Below the pieces are notes generated by a model, which saw nothing but the letters and a program-made list of their open reading frames with translations, did not search any database and was not told the origin of the DNA. A stretch of DNA of 63,580 bases, the filler included. It is 6 parts of 6 records of this genome, joined end to end, with 100 filler letters (N's around TTAATTAATTAA, not from the genome) between each part and the next. Parts side by side here need not be neighbours in the genome. Positions count along the whole stretch, not along the records: positions 53,828 to 63,580 come from SRR2962707_1370; 5 more parts are not named here. One strand, 5' to 3'. Shown here one piece after another: positions 60,001 to 63,580 of this stretch. Position 1 is the stretch's first letter; each line of letters starts with the position of its first letter. The translations under genes were made by a program, and so were the position numbers.

Positions 60001-62370
60001 CGTGGCATGTTGGCTCGAAAGCGCTTAGTCAGGCACAAGGCAGAGGTGCAGCGTGCGAAAGCTCTTGTGACGCTGCAATCGTTTGCTCGGGCACGAGCCA
60101 CGCGTGAGCGTGTTTTGTTGTTGAAGACTTTTGAAACTACAAAGTTCGTAGCGCAAGCTATCAGTGGCAGTTCATTTCAGTTTGCCGACGCTGAAGGGCC
60201 CAACCGACGAGTGAGCACTGCCGAGGACCGTGCTCGTCTCCTCAAACGCAGTCGTAAGCGCCAGCAAGCGGTAATTGCAGATGGAACTGCGACAACTCTG
60301 CAAGCACAAAGTGCGGCAGGCCAAAAACCTGAAGAAACTCCAGTTGCGGACACGCAGACCGCAGCACTTTCCACGGTTAAGGGTCAACAAGTACGTGCTG
60401 CTGAGTTGTTGCAACGAACACAGCGAGGAAGGGCTGCGCGGGTAAAAATTGCTACAGATATTATTCAAGCGCTGGATGAGGGTCGCAGGGCTGCCGCTGA
60501 AGTCGTTGCGAATGCAGACGAGAAGAAGTTTGTGCTGGAGGCACATACTTCGCGTTTGCAGATGTACATTGATTATCTCCAGCGTCGACGCCCACCTGCC
60601 GAGATCATGGACGCTGCACGTGCTGACTGTGCCGAACGTAAACACAATCCCAACGACAACGGCGGTGACAGTGGGGAGGAAATCAAGACTCTGGACCAAC
60701 TGTTAGACGCAAGCGCCATGGTGGTGAAGTTGTTGTTGATGAAAACTCGCATATTTAAAGCTGTTGAGCGACTGAAACAGGCGGTGGAGCGAGCAGAAAT
60801 TGATGCAGATGTTGATCGACTCGAAGACGAAATTGAACATGCGCTGGCACAAGGTGTTGATGCAAATCATGATGTGATGGTGGATGCTGAGGATCTTGTG
60901 GACGAACTTGACCTTGAGGAACAGGAACTTGAAGCTTTGGGCCATGTTCCAGATCCCGCCTCGCACTTTTCGAGCAGGAATGGGGACTCCAATGAGCGAG
61001 GCGATTCTAGTGGGCAGCCTGGTGACGATGCGGATTCGAACACCGATGACAACAGCGATACCTCCGAAACGGAAGAGTCTGAGAGTGATTCTGAGTCCGA
61101 CGGCGATGTGTCTGAATCGGGATCGAGCTTGTCTGGCGGCAACCCAGTTCAAGAGGACGCGTCCCTGAGTGGTGAAAATGCGGCGGTCAAAGACTCGAAA
61201 AAGGAACATGAGGCAATTCACGCAGGAGATTCTGAAAGCAGCACTGAAAGCCACACCAGCGTCGTACAATGCGTTGACGTGGTCAGTGCACAAGGAGCAG
61301 AACATGTCGATGAGAGTGCAAAGCGTGTCACAGACGGCGATGATGCTGTTGCTGCCCCCATCGCGGATTCCTTGGAGAGTAAGGCGGGCGAGCAGTCAAC
61401 AGCTGTTGCAGATACCACCGTCGAAGCAAGCGGCAAAACGGTGCAAGATGCTCGAACGGTCGCAGGTCAGAAAGACAGGGAGCTGAATGGTACGTCGAGC
61501 GACACGACTGCTGACGACGTTGCCGCTGACGCTCCAACGGTGAGCAGCACTGCTGGCGAAGCTGTGACAGTGACTGCCGTAAAGGAGGCGGCCGCAGAAA
61601 CGGCTGCCGCTGCTGCTGCTAGGGCAGAAAACGAGGAGCGCAAGGCTCCGGACGAGGCTGCGCCTGCTGCTGCTGCTGCTGCTGCTGTGAAGGAAATGCC
61701 GCACAAGGCTGCGGAAGCGGCTGCGGTTGCTGCTGTTCAGAAGGAGGCGGAGCGCAAGGCTGTGGAAGAGGCTGTGGTTGCTGCTGCTCAAAGGGAGGCG
61801 GATCGCAAGGCCGCGGAAGCGGCTGTAGCTGCAGCTGCTCAGAAGGAGGCGAATCGTAAGGCTGCCGAAGAGGCTGCAGCTGCTGCTGCTCAGCAAGAGG
61901 CTGATCGTAAGGCCACGGAAGCGGCTGCAGCTGCAGCTGCTCAGAAGGAGGCGGACTATAAGGCTGCCGAAGAGGCTGCAGCTGCCGCTGCTCAGAAGGA
62001 GGCGGAGGAACAGCGAAAACTGCTGCAAAAACAACACGAGGAGGATGTGGCACTTGCAGAAGCAGTGCGGGAGTTCGGGAGCTTCGATGAAGCGTCAAGT
62101 AGTGAGACTGCTCTGCAAGCGCAAAGTCTAGCTGGCCTCGATCGAGGCCAGCTTTTGCTACATCTGGGGTCTGTTTTGCGTGCCGCAAAGCTCACGCGTC
62201 GACCGACCTTGCTCGCGCGTGCGATTGACGCATTGGAAAACTGCCAAAGCGTTGCAATGGACAAGGTTAAGGTCGTTGTCGACGCGGAGACGCTGATGGA
62301 CGCGCTGGAGCAGGACGCCGAGGGCAGCAGCGACTACGAAACGGCATCTGAAGAAGACGATTTTTTCTAA
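54053..62370 (+). CDS. Large eukaryotic ankyrin-repeat / IQ-motif / PDZ protein (~2,670 aa), multi-exon
   Basis: Exons 54053-56208, 56297-57577, 57660-58073 and 58197-62370 join in phase through GT-AG introns of 88, 82 and 123 nt. Ankyrin-like SPLAIAAMNGDVNLFKTLLHLGANP; many IQ motifs (IQAAARGQLAR, LQSLQRGRTAR, IQALFRGHLAR, MQNAVRGMLAR); PDZ-like AAFRSGLRIGDIICAVNG. Further introns are possible. Confidence 0.75.
56625..56825 (+). repeat. 57-bp coding tandem repeat, 3.5 copies (WKRAVGQHLFRSQELATDA)
   Basis: Units start at 56625, 56682, 56739 and 56796; differences are mostly synonymous. Confidence 0.92.
61690..62010 (+). repeat. 51-bp coding tandem repeat, ~6 copies (KEADRKAAEEAAAAAAQ)
   Basis: Unit starts at 61690, 61741, 61792, 61843, 61894, 61945 and 61996. 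Confidence 0.9.
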
Positions 62371-62597
62371 TCCGCACCGCCAACCATATTCAGACACGTA
62401 CTCACATCATCCCGCTGCACTAATCTCAATTATGTTTTTTATAAACCAATCCATATTTCGTTTTTTTTTTAGATTTTTTCAACATTTTTTTTGTTTTCGT
62501 TTTCTTGCGGGATTGCCCGACATGAACGACAAAGACCCCTCGCTGCCTGCATCTGTAACCGGCAGAACCGTAGCGTCATTTGGCGCGTGCGGCTTTT

Positions 62598-63485
62598 TTA
62601 CTCGGCCTCGTCGAAGTTCTCAGTGAGGGCGGGGATGTCGTCGTCGCTGTCGTCACCGTCGGCGGCGGGCACAGCAGGGGCTCCCTCTTGCTGCCGCATG
62701 GCGGAGGTAAGGGCCTCCCAGTCCATGGAGTCTTGGCCAAGCTGGCTGAGGATGTTGGGGAGCAACTTTGCCAATGCTAAAGATGAACAACAAATCCCCA
62801 TAAACACAAGCGGGCCAGACAAAAACAGAGTGTCAGGGTGGATGACCTTTACCTTGCGGTGAAGCAAGTTCAACCAGGACACGCGCAACGGGAAGCCACG
62901 AGGCATTCACAGTCGTAAAAATGGCAAAGCGAGTACGTACGCTTAGTCTCGGAGCGGCCGCTGATCACGAACGTGCGGGCACCAATGCAGGCCTGCACCT
63001 TCGGGCTCTCGAAGTGGATGACGTTGCCGTCGTTGAGGAAGAGGTTTGCCTCCTCGACACCGGTCACAGCGTTGCCCTGGAGCTTCTTGAGGACGCCCTG
63101 GAGGCGCTTGTCTTCGTTGCTGGAGGCCTTGTGCACGGCCTTCTTCTTGCGGCGGACAGAACCAGCGCCACCGGTACGGGTCGACTAACAACAAGACAGG
63201 CAGAATGGCACGTGAGAAACGGCGAATGGAATGGAGAAACGGAGTTTTGCTCGAACCCCGAGAAGGGTTATTCGCCAATGCCGGCTTCTTTGACAGCCCA
63301 CACAGTAGAAAATGTTCGTGCACATCCCCTCGTCCTTGCATAGCCCCAATCAAGCTCAAAGAGAGCAGCGAACACACGCACGCATGCACCCACACACACA
63401 CGAATCATTAATTACGCACCCGTCCGAAGCGGGCGGCGAGCTTCGCCTTGGCGGCGGCAGACTTTTCAGCGGAAGTTCCGGCCAT
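62598..63485 (-). CDS. BTF3: Nascent polypeptide-associated complex subunit beta, 3 exons
   Basis: Exons 63485-63420, 63184-62941 and 62776-62598 splice to MAGTSAEKSAAAKAKLAARFGRSTRTGGAGSVRRKKKAVHK...GVEEANLF...VIHFESPKVQA...TFVISG...LLPNILSQLG...DDDIPALTENFDEAE. Confidence 0.93.
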
Positions 63486-63561
63486 CTTGTCAGCAAGGAG
63501 GTCTAAGTCAAAGAAAATGAAAACGCTCGGGTCCAAGAAGCAGAAGCGAGAAGAAGAACAC

Positions 63562-63580
63562 AAAAAAAAAAAAAAAAAAA
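63562..63580. repeat. Poly-A homopolymer at window end
   Basis: 19 consecutive A. Confidence 0.9.

Noticed and set aside
63562-63580. Poly-A as an mRNA tail
   Set aside because: The contig keeps its introns and the run lies upstream of minus-strand BTF3; it is a genomic homopolymer.

Overview
This window is not one contiguous locus. It is six unrelated contigs joined by artificial 100-nt N spacers carrying a TTAATTAATTAA all-frame-stop linker. Four contigs are Rhodobacteraceae (roseobacter-type). (i) 1-7528: dctP/dctD/dctB, cytochrome P450, Lrp regulator, cysG-DUF2849-cysI. (ii) 15529-39714: pnp end, Lhr-core helicase plus PdeM, LytTR/DUF2306, folD-fhs, ftsH-tilS, tol-pal, lepA start. (iii) 39815-46300: rlmN end, DedA, a decayed type III PKS/methyltransferase pair, a ~995-aa cytochrome P460-multihaem fusion and a tRNA-Pro 3' end. 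(iv) 46401-53727: LysR, hydantoinase A/B, FAD oxidoreductase, HpcH aldolase, tyrosine recombinase. Two contigs (7629-15428 and 53828-63580) are intron-rich eukaryotic DNA from a probably flagellated protist. They encode a TTLL9-like polyglutamylase, an uncharacterised multi-exon gene, a ~2,670-aa ankyrin/IQ/PDZ protein and NAC-beta/BTF3. Best leads: the P460 domain (cross-link Lys kept) fused to five more haems; a DctD with no GAFTGA loop and a broken Walker A that keeps paired DctD-type operators; perfect alpha-type LexA boxes at both the helicase and pdeM; a membrane LytTR/DUF2306 pair with a direct-repeat operator; and a structured fhs leader. All calls come from manual reading and recalled family motifs; no database search was run.
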